Positions 13,401-27,934 are shown, counted from the stretch's first letter. The stretch is DNA of 64,000 bases from Epiperipatus broadwayi (GCA_028023455.1 JAQFVV010000009.1:10106001-10170000); one strand, 5' to 3'. The notes: generated by a model from the letters alone, not told the origin. Numbers and translations: made by a program.

Positions 13401-14280
13401 ATCATTAATTTTTTTCATTTAGCCATAATAGAACTATTAATGCAGTTATTGTTTCATTATAAAATAACAAGTTTTTTCCATTTGTAAAATATGAGTAATA
13501 GAAGATATACACTGCTCTAACAGCAAATGCCTAAAAAATTATGTTGAGAAATAAAATTACAAGTTGACTTAATTAGTCTAATAAAATATGCAAGTCTTAA
13601 AAACTAAAAATAATAATTGATCATTACTGGTAATTGTTTGACATTGTATGCCATGCTCTTAAGACAATTTATTCTATAAACTGCATTAAATTCTAATGAA
13701 CTATTATATCACTACATTCAGAATACCAGAATTCCAAATGTTTTATGCAGTTATTTGAAATAAGCACCAGTGAATTTGATATACGTATATATATTTTTAA
13801 AAAAATCAAAAGAATGTGAACTCTAACTTGATAGATACTTCTATAAATAAAGAGTAATTAAAATTTTAAATAAAACATTATCATTCATCATATAAATTAA
13901 TTAAAAAATCTGATTTATCTTCAAATAAAAGCTTTTCTCATCCTATATAAGATTCTATACAACTAGATTTTTTCCCCTATATTAAAAAAATTCAAACCTT
14001 TTTATTTCTGTGAAGTTCTAAAGTGTGACTCTTTTTAGTGATCATACTTAGTGAACATATTTTTTTAAAAAGTATGCTATTTAAAACATTTTATTTTTAT
14101 AATTACTAGTTTATTCTAGTGCTAATGAATGATAAAGAAATAGTTTGTTACTAACAAATTATATTTCCCCCTTCTTTTTCATATTAAATTAAACTAATAT
14201 TCAACTCTGAATCATATGATGCATTTGAATGTTTTAAATAATATATTTATATCATAAATTTTTTTTTAAATACTGACATG

Positions 14281-16423
14281 CAAGAAGTGATCATCAATTA
14301 GTAAGATACCTGTTAATGCAAAACTAGAGAGTGAGGAAAATTATTAAGAAAAACAATATTTAGAGTTAATATTCCTAATGTTCAGAAATATTCTAATGAA
14401 TTTAAATTAGAACTTACAAATCGGTTTCAAGTATTAGTAACTTTTGAACATGATTCAGATTTGAATGAAATTAATAAGAAAATAACTGACACATTTTTAA
14501 AAACTGCAACAAAGATAGCTGATAAAAAAAAGCAGCAATTGACCAATAAAATTTTTACTGAGTCTATAGACTTTATGAAAAAAGTAAAGTCTATAGACTT
14601 TATGAAAAAAGGAAGGAATATGAAGATATACAAAAATGATGCAGTAAAGGAATTGAATACCTAGAATTTTGTAAAATGGTGCAGAAAAGAGTTGAAAATG
14701 ATATAAGAAAATATAACTGTGAACTAGCAAGGAAAGCTGTAGAAGAGAATAAAAGTCTCAAGAGTGTAAAACTACATTTTGGTATTGGTAGAAAATTTAT
14801 ATCTGCAATAAGAAAAAAAGATGGAATTATTATTAAAAAAGAGATGACATCATGAAATGTGTAGAAAACTTCCATCAAGAATTATATAATAATAAAGAAC
14901 AAATACCTCCTACATCTATTATATCTTCTGAATTACCCAGAATTTTAAATGAAGAAGTGAGACATGCAATTAAATTTATAAAGAAAGGAAATGCTCCAGG
15001 TAATGATGAAATTATAATTGATATATTAAAAGAAGCAGGAAATAGAATTTTTTTTAGCAAAGTTATATACCAAATATCTAAATGATAAAGATGTACCAGA
15101 TGACTGGAAGAATGCAGTATTAATATTAATATTTTAAAAAGGTGGTAAAGAAGATATTAGAAATTACAGACCTAGCAGCCTTTTATCAGTTTTATACAAA
15201 ATTTTTACCAAAATAATTACAACTCGTCTACAGAGAACATTGGATTTCCACCGACCAAGAGAACAAGCTGCATTTAAAAGTGGTTTTAGTACAATAGATC
15301 ATATCCAGGTATTGAGAGAAATTATAGAAAGGACAAACGAATATAAGTTGCCATTATGCTTTGGATTTGTAGGTTATGAAAAGGCATTTGATTCTATAAA
15401 CATTTCTTCAGTGACTAAAGCATTGGATCATCAAGATATAACCAGGATATTGACATATTTTAAAGAATATTTATAAAAATGCAACAGCAACAATTAGAGT
15501 ACATAATGATACTAGGAAAGTTAACATTGAGAAGGGTGTACGATAGAATGATTCCATATCTTAAAAACTTTTTATAGCAGTGCTGCAAGAAGTATTTTGT
15601 GGATTAAAATGGGAAGCTAAAGGAGTGAAAGTAAATGGAGATTATTTAACTCATTTAGATTTTGCAGATGAATGTAGTTGTTTTTGCAAGTAATGCTTTA
15701 GAGCTGTAGGAAATATTGCAGGGGTTATCAGATGAAAATAGGAAAGTAGAACTAAACATAAATGTTAAAAAGACTTAAGTAATGTTCAATGGATTTTCTC
15801 AAAATATGAAAATAAAGATTAATCATATGATGAGTTAGAAAAATTAACAGCTACAAATACCTTGGTCAGATTATTAATACAGATGAAAACAAAATGGATG
15901 AAATTAATCCTAGAATTAAACTTGGTTGGATTGCTTTTGGTAGAAATAACTTGATACTAAAAGGAAATATGCCTATGTGTTTGAAAAGGAAGGTTTTTAA
16001 TAAATGTATTTTACCAGTTCGTACTTATGGATCTGAGACTTGGACACAATATAAGAAGAATACAGACTTCAGACCACTCAAAAAAGTATGGAGAGATGCA
16101 TGTTAGGAGTAACAGGAAGAGATCAAAAATGCAATATATGAGTAAGAGAACAAACAGGTGTTACTGATCTCATTGAAAAAATTAAAAGACTGAAGTGGAT
16201 TTGGGCTGGACATATTGCTAGAAGAGATGTTAATAGATAGACAATTGAAATCTTAAACTGGATTCCAAGAGATTGTACAAGACCCATAAAGAGACCACAT
16301 GTGAGATGGATGGATGAAATAAGAAAATGTGCAGGGGTGATGTGGTGAAGAGAAGCCAAAGATTAGAAAAGATGGATTGAATTTGGAAAGACTTCATCCT
16401 GCAGTGGATTGATAATGATGATG
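14281..16423 (+). mobile_element. 5'-truncated RTE-clade LINE (copy A), frameshifted RT
   Basis: RT motifs across frames (KGNAPGNDEI, EQAAFKSGFSTIDHIQVLREIIE, YEKAFDSI, HLDFADE, KLGWIAFG, LPVRTYGSETW, LKWIWAGHIARR). Ends in a GATAATGATGATGA tail. Confidence 0.95.
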
Positions 16424-16819
16424 AATATTCATATTTAGTTCATATAGGTAGATAACTATCTGGAAATCAATTATTTTGCTATCTAGTGTAATGAATGCAT
16501 AGATAATATTAGGTCCAAGTGATAAGAACTTAACATTAGTTTGTCAATATATGAAAGTTATTTATCCCAATTTATTCTAACATCTCTTTCAAGATATAGT
16601 GAAGCCATGAACTATGTGATATTGATAAGACTTGATTACAATACAATAACTTTTGTTTATTGTACTGTAAATATATAGAGTATTTTTCAATATATTCATA
16701 TATTTAACAGATACTTTGTGTATAGTATACTGTGTATTTATATATAAATTACAATTATAAAAAAATAAATAAATTTAAATTTAATTAATAATAAATTGAA
16801 AAAACATATTTATATTTAT

Positions 16820-17220
16820 AATACTGGGTGTATATTCAATTGTTCACAATTCCCTTTCATCACAATTAAATACGTTGTTCAAACATTTTTTTCCTTCAAT
16901 ATTTTTTTTTAATTAATAAAATCACAACTGCAGTTTTATTATCGACAAATGCAGCTTCACTGGCTGTTTCACTATTTTTAAGGCTGTTTTACAGATTCAG
17001 AATCTATACAACTATTCTAAATTTTGCAGTGAATAGCTTGGAACTGGGTGATCCAAATTTTTAGCTAAATTCTTTATAGAGGCTTAAGGCTTTCTGCTGC
17101 AAGACAAGACTAAAATCAGAACATTATTAAAAATAATTTAACGACAGATTTAAGGCTTTTTCCATTTTTTTAAAAAAAAAAATTCCTTACGTTTAATTAC
17201 AACTTTAGATGTTTCAGGGT
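16820..17220 (-). mobile_element. Tigger/pogo transposase remnant
   Basis: Minus-strand fragments QQKALSLYKEF, SEAAFVDNKTA and IKKNIEG...FNCDE correspond to the CENP-B HTH domain and the first D of the pogo DDD domain. Confidence 0.55.
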
Positions 17221-17610
17221 CATTGACTCAATTCTTTTAAAACACAGGGCTGATTTCAGAATATTACTTATTTTTCTTTATTAAATCAATAAGTTTTTTT
17301 TTTTCTCATTTAATAAAAGTATTTTATGACTTTTTTGGATTTATTGCTCATTATACTACAATGCATTTTATTAAAGATATGTTAATGTATACTATATTTC
17401 TAAACCTTTATGAAAAAAAAAAAAAACTGCAAAGAAAAAACTTGCTTATAATATTAATGATTTTATTTAAATCATGAAGAAAACATGCTTTAAAAATTCA
17501 TATTTGAGAATGTTATATTTAGCAAGAAAAAAATGGTAGTTACTGTTAGTTATAAAATTTAATAAATTTGTGAATTTCAATGCTATTTAAATTTTTTTTA
17601 TTAGTGTATA

Positions 17611-18976
17611 TACCTGGGTCTCGTTTTATGCGGTAAATAGGTTCCTCAGAAAATGCGCACAAAAGAAATCGCACAAAAATAGATTTAACTTACCTTGAAA
17701 AATGGGGGATATGTACTGTAATTTTCGAAAATTGCATAAAAGCAAAGCAACGATGTAAAATTACTTTAAAATTCGCATAAAAAAAAAGTTAATAAAATGT
17801 GACTAATAAAAAATTTTGCATTTAAAAAAAATTGATACAAGACAAACTTTTTTTTACTTTTTTTATTAACTACAGTATTTAATTTGATTCAAAACAATAT
17901 ATTTTTATGCGTAATTTACAATATTTTACATTTTTTTCATACATATACAGTATTTTAATCATTATCGCTATTTGAAGATATGCAAGTTTGTTTGTGAACT
18001 AGTAATTCATCAGATTCATCACAAGAGGAAATACAACTAGCGCCAACTTCATTTTTTTAATTGCTCTTATGGTACACTTGGTCAAACTAAAATGTTTTCC
18101 AATCGCTATTGATCCTTCCCATTTCGCTAAGCGATCTAAAATTGAAATTTTTGTTTCCAACGAAATTCATTTTCTTGGGTGTTTTTTCCTCTCCATTAGG
18201 GTAAGCTAAAAGTTTAAAATAAAAATAAGAACTTAAGACTTATGATAATAAAAAGACACCATTCACTACTATTGGGCAAAATTTAATTAAAACTAACAAT
18301 TAAAAATTAAATTCTTATTTTTGTCTTTAATTTTTTAATTTTCAATTCCGTTTAAAAATCAATTTTCATTGTTTCACATCACATTAATTTCAGATCATGT
18401 TACGTAATTTTTAAATTGTTAATTATAATTAAAAATCAAATTTTAATTTTTAATTGTCAAATTTAATTGTGCCGCTGCTGTTACTCACCTTTTAAAAATA
18501 AATTTGCGGACACTAAATGATTAATTGATTACGTACTCTTTTTTTAAAAAAGCAAAAGTAGAATGTGATTTACATTGCAAAAACAACAAAATGCATAGTA
18601 TAATGCTTGAACAGATTTACATTATAATCTTGTAAAATTTAATGTGTGCATATAAAATGGGGAAATCCTGATTTTAAGTGAATTATGAACTTCTTTATTG
18701 GATAAAATCCATTACAGTACTATTATAAAGCGCTGAAAATATTGAAATTATTAGATGGTCGTCGAACTCTGATAATGCGCTATTACTTTAAATACGAGTT
18801 GCGAGTGCATGAAATTTATAATATTTAAAGTAATAGCGCATTATCGGAGCTGGTCTTTGGATCTAATAATTTTTCTCACATAAAAAAAAAACGCATACAA
18901 AGATATTAAGAAGAAACATGAGTCGCATAACTTCAAAATCGCATTTAAAAAATCCGCATAAACCGAGACTCGGGTG
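17611..18976 (-). mobile_element. Internally deleted Tigger/pogo DNA transposon
   Basis: 23-bp TIRs (19/23 identical; TACCTGGGTCTCGTTTTATGCGG versus CACCCGAGTCTCGGTTTATGCGG) flanked by TA on both sides. Minus-strand psq-HTH remnant ISLETKISILDRLAK...CTIRAIKKNE at ~18045-18185. Confidence 0.85.
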
Positions 18977-20756
18977 TAATTGTAACTTTGTAGCTTGGTA
19001 CATTTCATTGTACAACACAATTCTTATCATAGAAAAAAAACCCCATAAATTTTAATAAGTTTATTATTTAGAGCTATATTACAAAACAAAAATTTCTTAC
19101 ATCATTGAAGATGTTTACATATTACAAATAAAAGTGAAAGATAAAATTTTGGAGAGTGGGAATTGGCACTGTCCAAAAGAATATTCTTTTTGAAACAAGC
19201 CAAAGGTTTGTGATTCAATGGTATTATTGAAAGTGATTCATAAAAAAAAAAGACAATCTGTTCTATGTAATAATAAAGTGAGTAACAAATAGCTCCCCCC
19301 CTCCCAATAATTTATAAAGTAACAAATTGATTTCATATTCATTAGTAACTACTTATAAATGAAAAGTCAATCTAACTTTGGAAAACATAGAACAAAAATG
19401 AAAAATGAGTTTTGCACAGTCCAATATTAGTTTATTTGACATCTTGCAATATAATTTTTCAATCTCTTATGCAACAAAACAATTTTCCCAAAAAGTTTCA
19501 AGACCTTGCCTAATTGTAGTTCCCCATTGCTTTCTATACTCAGATATACCCTCTTCTCAATGAAAGTACTTGATATTCTTTAAAATAACTTTTAAGATTA
19601 AAAAAAAAAGACTAATAGATTTATTGCTTGGGAATTCATAAGAATTTTGAGTACCAGAATAGATTCTGGGACTTCTAAATCCAAATCGTATATTCTACCA
19701 CTATGACAAAAGTGATTTCGTTAGCTCTCTCTCTCTAAAAAAAAATTGTTTTTATAATTGTAAATTCAATCTGTCATCACATCCTGCATTTAAACATCTA
19801 AATTCAATATTCTATATAAAAACCTACCTAAATATGATTCATATACTAAAGCTAATAAAATAACCAGGTTTTTAAAATATTAATTATTTAATTAAATCCT
19901 TTACATCTTGCATTCAAACATTAAGAATATTTTATAGATCATTCTTCGAAATGGATTAATATTGCTCTATTTCATATTATTGATACAAATGGTTATCTAC
20001 ACTACATTATCAAAAATATTATAAGTATTTCTGTTATTTTATTCAATACTTGTTTATATTTAACAGATTTAGAAGTGTTGTTCTTCTTATAGTTAATTAC
20101 TTGTGAATATTAACACAATTCATGACTAACTAAAAATAATTGCTTTAAATTTAATTACTGTCCCTATTTCATTGATTAAAGTTTATAAATAAATATAGTT
20201 GCATATAAACTGCATAAGGAATTGGCTATTAACTGAAAAAATATTTTTTGATTCTTCACTAAAGCCTTAAAAAAACAATTAGGACAAATTTGTAATGTCC
20301 ATGCTATATGTTCTTCAGTTTAAAACTGTTATCATCATATGATTTTGATGCAGACAAAATGAATGGGCTGTTCATTTTAAAAATGAGTCAGCATAGTAAA
20401 TTTACTATTTGTTATGTCCGAATTTAAAATCAAAAAATTATTATATCCTTCGAGACATCAGTCATTTTTATAAAAGTCAGAATGTATATAATCACATGAG
20501 AATTCTCATTCTGTGCCTTGTAAAAATAAAAATTATGGCTGAAAGATGTAAACTTATCAGTCAAAAAAAGTGATACCTGAAGGTAGTGAGGTAAAGAACT
20601 GCCATTCATTGTTGAGATTTTACTTGTCCAAGTGCAACAGTAGATCACTTTTTGCAGTGAAAGAACATCGCAATAATTGTTAGCCCAATACTAAATGGGA
20701 CATAGCTAGATTTTGAGAAATTAGAAAATAATGAAAAAATTTTATTACAAAAACAC

Positions 20757-20996
20757 AAATATCAACAAATTAAAAATCCTTCTCCCTTTTCTCTTCAAAA
20801 ACTTTATTTTCTAATATCAATACTGAACATGTATATGTATAATACAAAACTCAAAGTTTCAACTGTTTTTATCTTCATACAGTTTTTATCTTCATGGAGT
20901 TTTGTATTATATACATATATATATGTTCAGTATTGATATTAGAAAATAAAGTTTTTGAAAAGAAAAAGGAGAAGGATTTTTAATTTGTTGATATTT
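20757..20996. repeat. Foldback / MITE-like inverted repeat
   Basis: ~96-bp arms (20757-20852, 20897-20996) are nearly perfectly complementary. The spacer contains GTTTTTATCTTCAT twice. Confidence 0.85.
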
Positions 20997-21109
20997 TTAT
21001 AGACCATATATATTTTAAAAGAAAAAAATGATTGTACATTTGCTGTGTTATAATATATGAAAAACCCAAATATTGGAAATTCAGTCAGTGGAATTCATTT
21101 TAAATAAAC

Positions 21110-22830
21110 ATTGTGGATAGTAGATGAAACAGCAGTAGCAATATTATATTATTCAATTTATAAAAGATCCCAAATATAAACAATACAGCTTAATGCCTCC
21201 CTCGCTCAATCTTTCCAATAAATTTTCATTCTTATGGGGAAAAAGAAAAGACTTCTATATGACTATAAAGAATGCTTCTCAATAGACTAAATAGTGCTTT
21301 AAAATGATTATGAAATGCTAAAATTATTAGGGGGGGGGACGCCAACTGAAAGATGAAATTGAAAACTGTATGAAAGCAGTGATTAATTTGCGAAAAAAAA
21401 ATACTTTTTTTTAAAAACAATATTCAAGCACCCAGATAAAAATAAGGCAGAGATGAATTAAATTTGTTGCAAAAAATACATAAATTTCAAAACTGTAATG
21501 TGTTTAATAGATTCAACAAAGAAATGCACTAATGCAAAGATTAAAGATAGGTTTAGAAATCCAATAAATTTAATCTAAAACTTAAGTATCATTTTTAAAA
21601 CATTAATAAATTTTGAAGATGTCAGCAATAAAAATGCAACAATTCACTTGCAAATCTACTGAGAAAAGGCAATGGACAAGGGAAAAAAATGTATATGAAA
21701 ATAATTAAAAATAATATTTTAGAAGAACTGAATATTTTAAATGATCTAAAATGATATAAAGAGTTCATAATAACATAAGAGTCTCATATAAAATGGATAG
21801 ATATTTCAGCAATAAGAATAGAAAAAAAAAAAAGCACTATTACTAAATCAGGGATGACATTAACATTGGTAAATGTGTAAAAGAATTGTACGAACCTTCA
21901 GGAAAACAAAATGCATTAAATAGTAATAAAAAACAATAAAACCAAATATCTTAATCTATAACATTTGAAATATGCATTTTAAATGAAGACATATGCCATG
22001 CAATTAAATCAGTCAAAATTACACTATTTCTAAAAAATAATAAAAAGAATGCAGATAGATATTTTAAAAGAAGCAAGTAAAAAAATTATTGGCAAAACTA
22101 CAGTAAATGTTTAAGTAATAAGAATATATCAGAAGATTGAAAGAATATAACAGTAATACTGATATTTAAAAAAGTTGGGAAAAAAAATTAGGAATTATAA
22201 ACATATCAGTTTTAACTAAGATCATTATAAATTGTCTGTGGAAAAATTTGAATAAACAAACAAAAGAAGAAACCGATATAAAAGTGATTACAACCAAATA
22301 GTTCATATTCAAATATTTAGAGAAGTTACAGAAAAGTGTGAGTTGCCAATTGGTATTGGATTTGTTGATTGTAAAAAAAGTACTAGACTCTATAAACATT
22401 TTTGCAATAATAAAAGATTTGAATCATTAAGATAAAAACTTAGGATATTAACACATTATAAAACAATTTATAAGAATGCAACAGCAACAATTAGATTGTA
22501 TGGTGGCACTAAGATGATTAATATTGATAAGTGTGAATAAGAAAATAATTTCATCTCTCCAAAACTTTTTATAGCAGTTTTATGGAAAATTATTTTGTTA
22601 ATTAAAATATGAAGCTAAATGAATAAAAACAATTATTTAAATAATCTAAATATTGCAATGTATATTGTTATTACAAATAATACTCCAGAACATCAGAAAA
22701 TATTACAAAAGCTATCAGAAAAAAGCAAACAAATAAGATTAACAGTAGATACAAGAAAATTAAAATAATATTCAATTTTTTTTTAAAAAAAAAAATCAAG
22801 ATAAAATTGAAAGTTAACAATCATAAACAT
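21110..22830 (+). mobile_element. Highly decayed RTE LINE (copy D; APE plus part of RT)
   Basis: Collinear similarity to copies A and B (e.g. AAGAATGCAACAGCAACAATTAGA, CCAAAACTTTTTATAGCAGT) and APE-like KDFY and IILGG motifs. Confidence 0.7.
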
Positions 22831-22842
22831 AACTAACAGATG

Positions 22843-23539
22843 AAATGTATTATAATACGAAAAAAGCAGTCAACACTTAAACAATACCAATATCAATCAA
22901 CAATCTCAATCTGTCAAGGCAACTTTTATCAATAAAGGTGGAAATCCACCTTTATCTATGGTCTAATAACTTTAAATAGACACTAAAGATTGCAACTTGA
23001 CTACAGAATGAAATTATTAATTCAAAGAAGTGTAAATAAACTCATTAAACTGATAAATATATCATATTCTGAAAACAGATTAAATTGCAATCCAACTATG
23101 TATTAGGAAGATAATAAAGCTAATAATGCTCAAAGTTAAATAGTTTATAAATGTAAATATATGAAAGTAGATTGATATTGTTTAAGTATTGATTACTTTC
23201 ATGTATTTACATTTATAAATCTATCTAGCCTTGAGCATTATTAGCTCTATTATCTTAATAGTACATAGTTTGAAAGTTATAATTGCAATTTGACAGCTAT
23301 AATTGACTATTGTTAGTCTATTTTCAGAATAGGTTATATTTTATTGGTCGGTCTAACAAAATTTTAAACTTCTTTGAATTAATAATTACACTCTAAATCT
23401 TTAGTGTCTATATAAACTTATTAAACAATAGATAAAGGTGGATTTCTATATTATTAAAAGATTATTTTGACAACTGGATGAGATTGTTGATTGCTAAAGA
23501 TATTGTTTAAGCATTGACTGCTTTCATGTATTTACATTT
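22843..23539. repeat. ~700-bp imperfect palindrome with an internal direct repeat
   Basis: Arms pair along their length around a centre near 23180. A ~41-bp segment at ~23174-23214 recurs at ~23499-23539. Confidence 0.75.
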
Positions 23540-24549
23540 ATACATTATTAAAAATTAACCATGTAACTAAAATTGATAGAAGTGCTTTAACTGGAAATAA
23601 TATTAGAAGTAAACATGCCTATGCTATTTATGACATTTTGATCTAAAATTTGTACATTAAATAGAATAGCATTTTAGAAATGCTAAACTAAAGACTACTT
23701 ATAAAGAAATCTTTCAGGAAGAAAATGAAAAATAAAATATAGGTGAAAAAACATAACAAATATTACTGATATCACTGAAAAATTTTAAAGACCAGGCTAT
23801 ACATGATAATAAATGTTCAACAAAAGACCATGCAAGCTGATTGAATGAAATAAGGAAGTTTATTCAATCAGATTAAATTCAAAACTTTCATTCTACAGTG
23901 AATTAATAATGATTGAAAATTACATTTACATATGGGATGCTTCAGCATTATATACATAATAGTTAAAATTTTATACTTCACAAATATACAGACTTTAAAG
24001 CTAAGAAATGAACGGTTTTGTCATAATAATATAAATTTAGCTCAAATGCTATTCAAAATGCCCAACATCATCATGAATACATAAATAACAATATCTCTTC
24101 ATCAACTGATCAACAAAATGGAGGGCATAAGGCAAGTAAAATGTACTTGAAATTTTGTTACTTATATTTAGTGACTATAACATGATTTTTCAAATATTCT
24201 CAAGTAAAAAAAAAAAATCCATATACATAAGTAAAAACTTTTTTTGACAAAAAAATAAAACTTTCCAAGCTTTTGGGGGAAAAAAATTATAATTACATCT
24301 TATAAATTAACTCTATTAACAAATTAAACCTGTTAAATTTTATTTTTAAAAACTCCATTCTATTGAGATACCTTATCAATTTAATATTCATTTCTGCATA
24401 CACAAATGCTATGTTCTTAGATGATATTATATTTAAACTTTATTAATATATACTAATTTCAAATCTTCAAAATTTAATGAAATCCATTATGCTGTTCTTT
24501 CATATAAATTATAACAAATAAAAATCATACAAAACAGCTATATAATATA

Positions 24550-27500
24550 GGAGACGCTTTGATTCCTCTTAGAAGTCTTAAAGGAACATAGCGGGGGGAA
24601 ATTCCTAATGTCCACTCCATACATTCTTGTTGCAGCTGTTATTACTATGCGATTATTCATATAGTATACGAATATGGATGGCTGCTTACCAATATGCATT
24701 AGTCAACTATGAGTTTATTGGCTTTTTACCTCTGAGTTTAAGATCAAGAAACATCATGGTCTTTCTTCTCAGCTGCCTGATAAGGCAGAATGAATGTATG
24801 TGCAAATGATAAGTATTTTATCAATACATACATACAATCAACAAACAAAAATAAATCATGGCCGTTATTAACAGGAGGCTATAAAGTCACCAACCAAGGC
24901 AGCGGTTGGTGGCTGAAGGCAGAGGTTGCTAAGAATCCCCTGAATGTGAACCCAGGCTGCCATTAGATGACAACTTTTTATTTAGGTACTTACAAGTGCA
25001 GATAACTTTCAAGTGAAGGAAGATTGCAAAAAATGAGAAAAAGTACTGTCTTATATTAAATGGGACATTATAGGACTTTGCGAAGTTAGAAGAAAAGGTG
25101 AAGAGACAATTATTTAAAAAGTGGACGTGTACTATAAAGGCACAAATATTAGAAATACAAATGGAGTCGGATTCATTATAAATAAAAAGTGGAAGAAGAA
25201 CCTTGTGGAGACTGATGGTGTATCGGACAGAGTGGCAACATTAGTTATACAACTTAATAGCACATACCAAATGCAGATACTTCAGGTTTATGCCCCAACA
25301 AGTTCTCATAGTGATGAAGTAGTAGAAGATTTTTATATGCATGTACAAAAAAGATTTTGATCAGAGTAAACATTTTAAAATTGTTATGGGAGACTTTAAT
25401 GCTAGAATTGATAAAAAAATACAAGATGAAGTGCTGTAGATAATTTTGGGTTATGGTAATAGAAATGAAAGAGGACATAGACTTGTGGAGTTTGCAAAAT
25501 AAGAAAAACTTTATATTATGAATTCTTTTTTTGAGAAAAATGTTAAAAGGAAATGGACATGGAAGCATCCAAATGAAGTTACAGCAGAATTTGATTATAT
25601 TTTGACTAACAGAAAATACATATTTCAAAACTGTAAGGTTCTTAATAAATTTAACACAGGAAATGATCAATGATTAGTAAGATGTAAGATACGTGTTAAT
25701 GCAAAATTAGAGACAAAAATTATTAAGAAAAACAATATTTATAATTGATATTCCTATTTTTCAAAAACATTCTAATGAATTTAAATTAGAACTTACAAAT
25801 CGGATTCAAGTATTAGTAGATTTTGAACATGATTCAGATTTGAATGAAATTAATAAGAAAATAACTTATACACTTTTAAAAACTGCAACAAAAAATAGCT
25901 AATAGAAAGATGCAGCAATTGACCAATAAAATTTTTACCGAGACTAGAGAATTTATGAAGAAAAAAAGGAATATGAAAATATATAAAAATGATGCATGAA
26001 AAAGGCTCGAATTTTGTAAAATGGTGCAGAAAAGGGGTGAAAATGATATAAGAAAATATAACTGTGAACTAGCAAAGAAAGCTCTAGCAGAGAATAAAAG
26101 TCTCAAGAGTGTAAAACAACCCTTTTGGTATTGATAGAAAATTTATGTCTGCAATAAGAAAAAAAGATGGAATTATTACTAAAAAGAGAGATGACATCAT
26201 GAATGGGTAGAAGACTTCTATCAAGAATTATATAGTAATAAAGAACAAGTACCTCCTATATCTATTGTATCTTCCGAATTGCCCAAAATTTTAAATGAAG
26301 AAATGAGACATGCAATTAAATTTATGAAGAAAGAAAAAACTTCAGGTAATGATGAAATTATAATTGATATATTAAAAAAAGCACGTGAAAAAATAGAAAT
26401 TTTTTTAGTAAATTTATATACCAAAATATCTAAATGTCAAAGATATACCAGATGATTGGAAAAATGCAGTATTAATATTTTAAAAAGGTGATAAAGAAGA
26501 TATTAGAAATTACAGATCTATCAGTTTTTTATCAGTTTCATACAAAATTTTTACCAAGATAATTACAACTCGTCTACAGAGAACATTGGATTTCTACCAA
26601 CCAAGAGACCAAAGTTGGATTTAAAAGTGGTTTTAGTACAGTAAATCATATCCAGGTATTGAGAGAAATTATAGAAAGGACAAATAAATATGAGTTGCCA
26701 TTATGCTTTGGATTTGTAAATTATGAAAAGTCATTTGATTCTATAAATATTTCTTCAATGATTAAAGCATTGGATCATCAAGGTATAGATCCAGGATATT
26801 GTCATATGTTGAAAAATATTTATAAAAATGCAACAGCAACAATTAGATTACATAATTATATTAGGAAAGTCAACATTGAGAAGGATGTAAGACAGAGCGA
26901 CTCCATATCTAAAAAAAATTTTACAGCAGTGTTGCAAGAAGTATTTTGTGGATTGAAATGGGAAGTTAAAGGGGTGAAAGTAAATAGAGATTATTTAAGT
27001 CATTTAGATTTTGCAGATGATGAAGTTGTTTTTGCAAATAATGCTTTAGAGCTGGAGGAAAGGTTGCAGGAGTTATCAGATGAAAGTAGGACTAAAGATA
27101 AATGTTAAAAAGACTAAAGTAATGTTCAATTGATTTTCTCAAAATATGAAAATAAAGATTAATTATGATGAGTTAGAAAAAGTTAATAGCTATAAATACC
27201 TTGGTCAGATTATTATTACAGTTGGAAACATAATGGATTAAATTAATCATAGAATTAAACTTGGTTGGAGTGCTTTTGGTAGAAATAACTTGATACTAAA
27301 AGGAAATATGCCTAAAAGGAAAGTTTTTAATAAATGTATTTTACCAGTTCTTACTTATGGATCTGAGACTTGGATACTTAATATAAGAACAATACAGAGA
27401 CTTCAGACCACTCAAAGAAGTATGGAGAGATGCATGTTATGAGTAACAAGAAAATATAAAAAACGCAATATATGGATAAGAAAACAAAAATATATTACTG

Positions 27501-27769
27501 ACCTCATTAAAAAAGTTAAAAGACTGAAGTGGAGTGGGACTGGATATATTTCTAAAAGAGATGATAACAGATGGACAATTGAAATCTTAAACGGGATTCC
27601 AAGAGATTTAAAAGACCCAGAAAGAGACCACATATGAGATGGTTGGATGAAATAAGCAAATGTGCAAGGGTGATGTGGAGAAGAGAAACTAAGGATCGGA
27701 GAAGAGGTATTAAACTTGGAGAGACCTTCATTCTGCAGTTAATTGATAATGGTTAATGATGATGATGAT
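24550..27769 (+). mobile_element. Near full-length RTE-clade LINE (copy B): 5'UTR, APE endonuclease, RT, (GAT)n tail; disrupted
   Basis: APE motifs (TNGVGFIINKKW, ILQVYAPTS, VMGDFNARI, FDYIL) and RT motifs (REIIERTNKYELPLCFGFVNYEKSFDSI, HLDFADD). 3' ATGATGATGATGAT tail. The 5' end is shared with copy C. Confidence 0.95.
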
Positions 27770-27934
27770 TTATAATAATTTTGGCATATGGTTTAGTGCT
27801 TCAAATGTTAATAATCTATTGTGAAAATAATAAAATATTAGTAAAATAGAATAAAACCTTCATATAGAAATCCAATATAACTTCAAAAAAATGATATATT
27901 AATATACTAAATAAATAATACATTATACAACTTT

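Noticed and set aside
20439-20447. Extra ATATCCTT U12-donor-like 8-mer
   Set aside because: Several are expected by chance in 64 kb of this composition; no exon or branch-site partner.
24046-24134. Plus-strand stretch SNAIQNAQHHHEYINNNISSSTDQQNGGHKA between AG and GT
   Set aside because: Weak splice sites, no homology, no partner exons.
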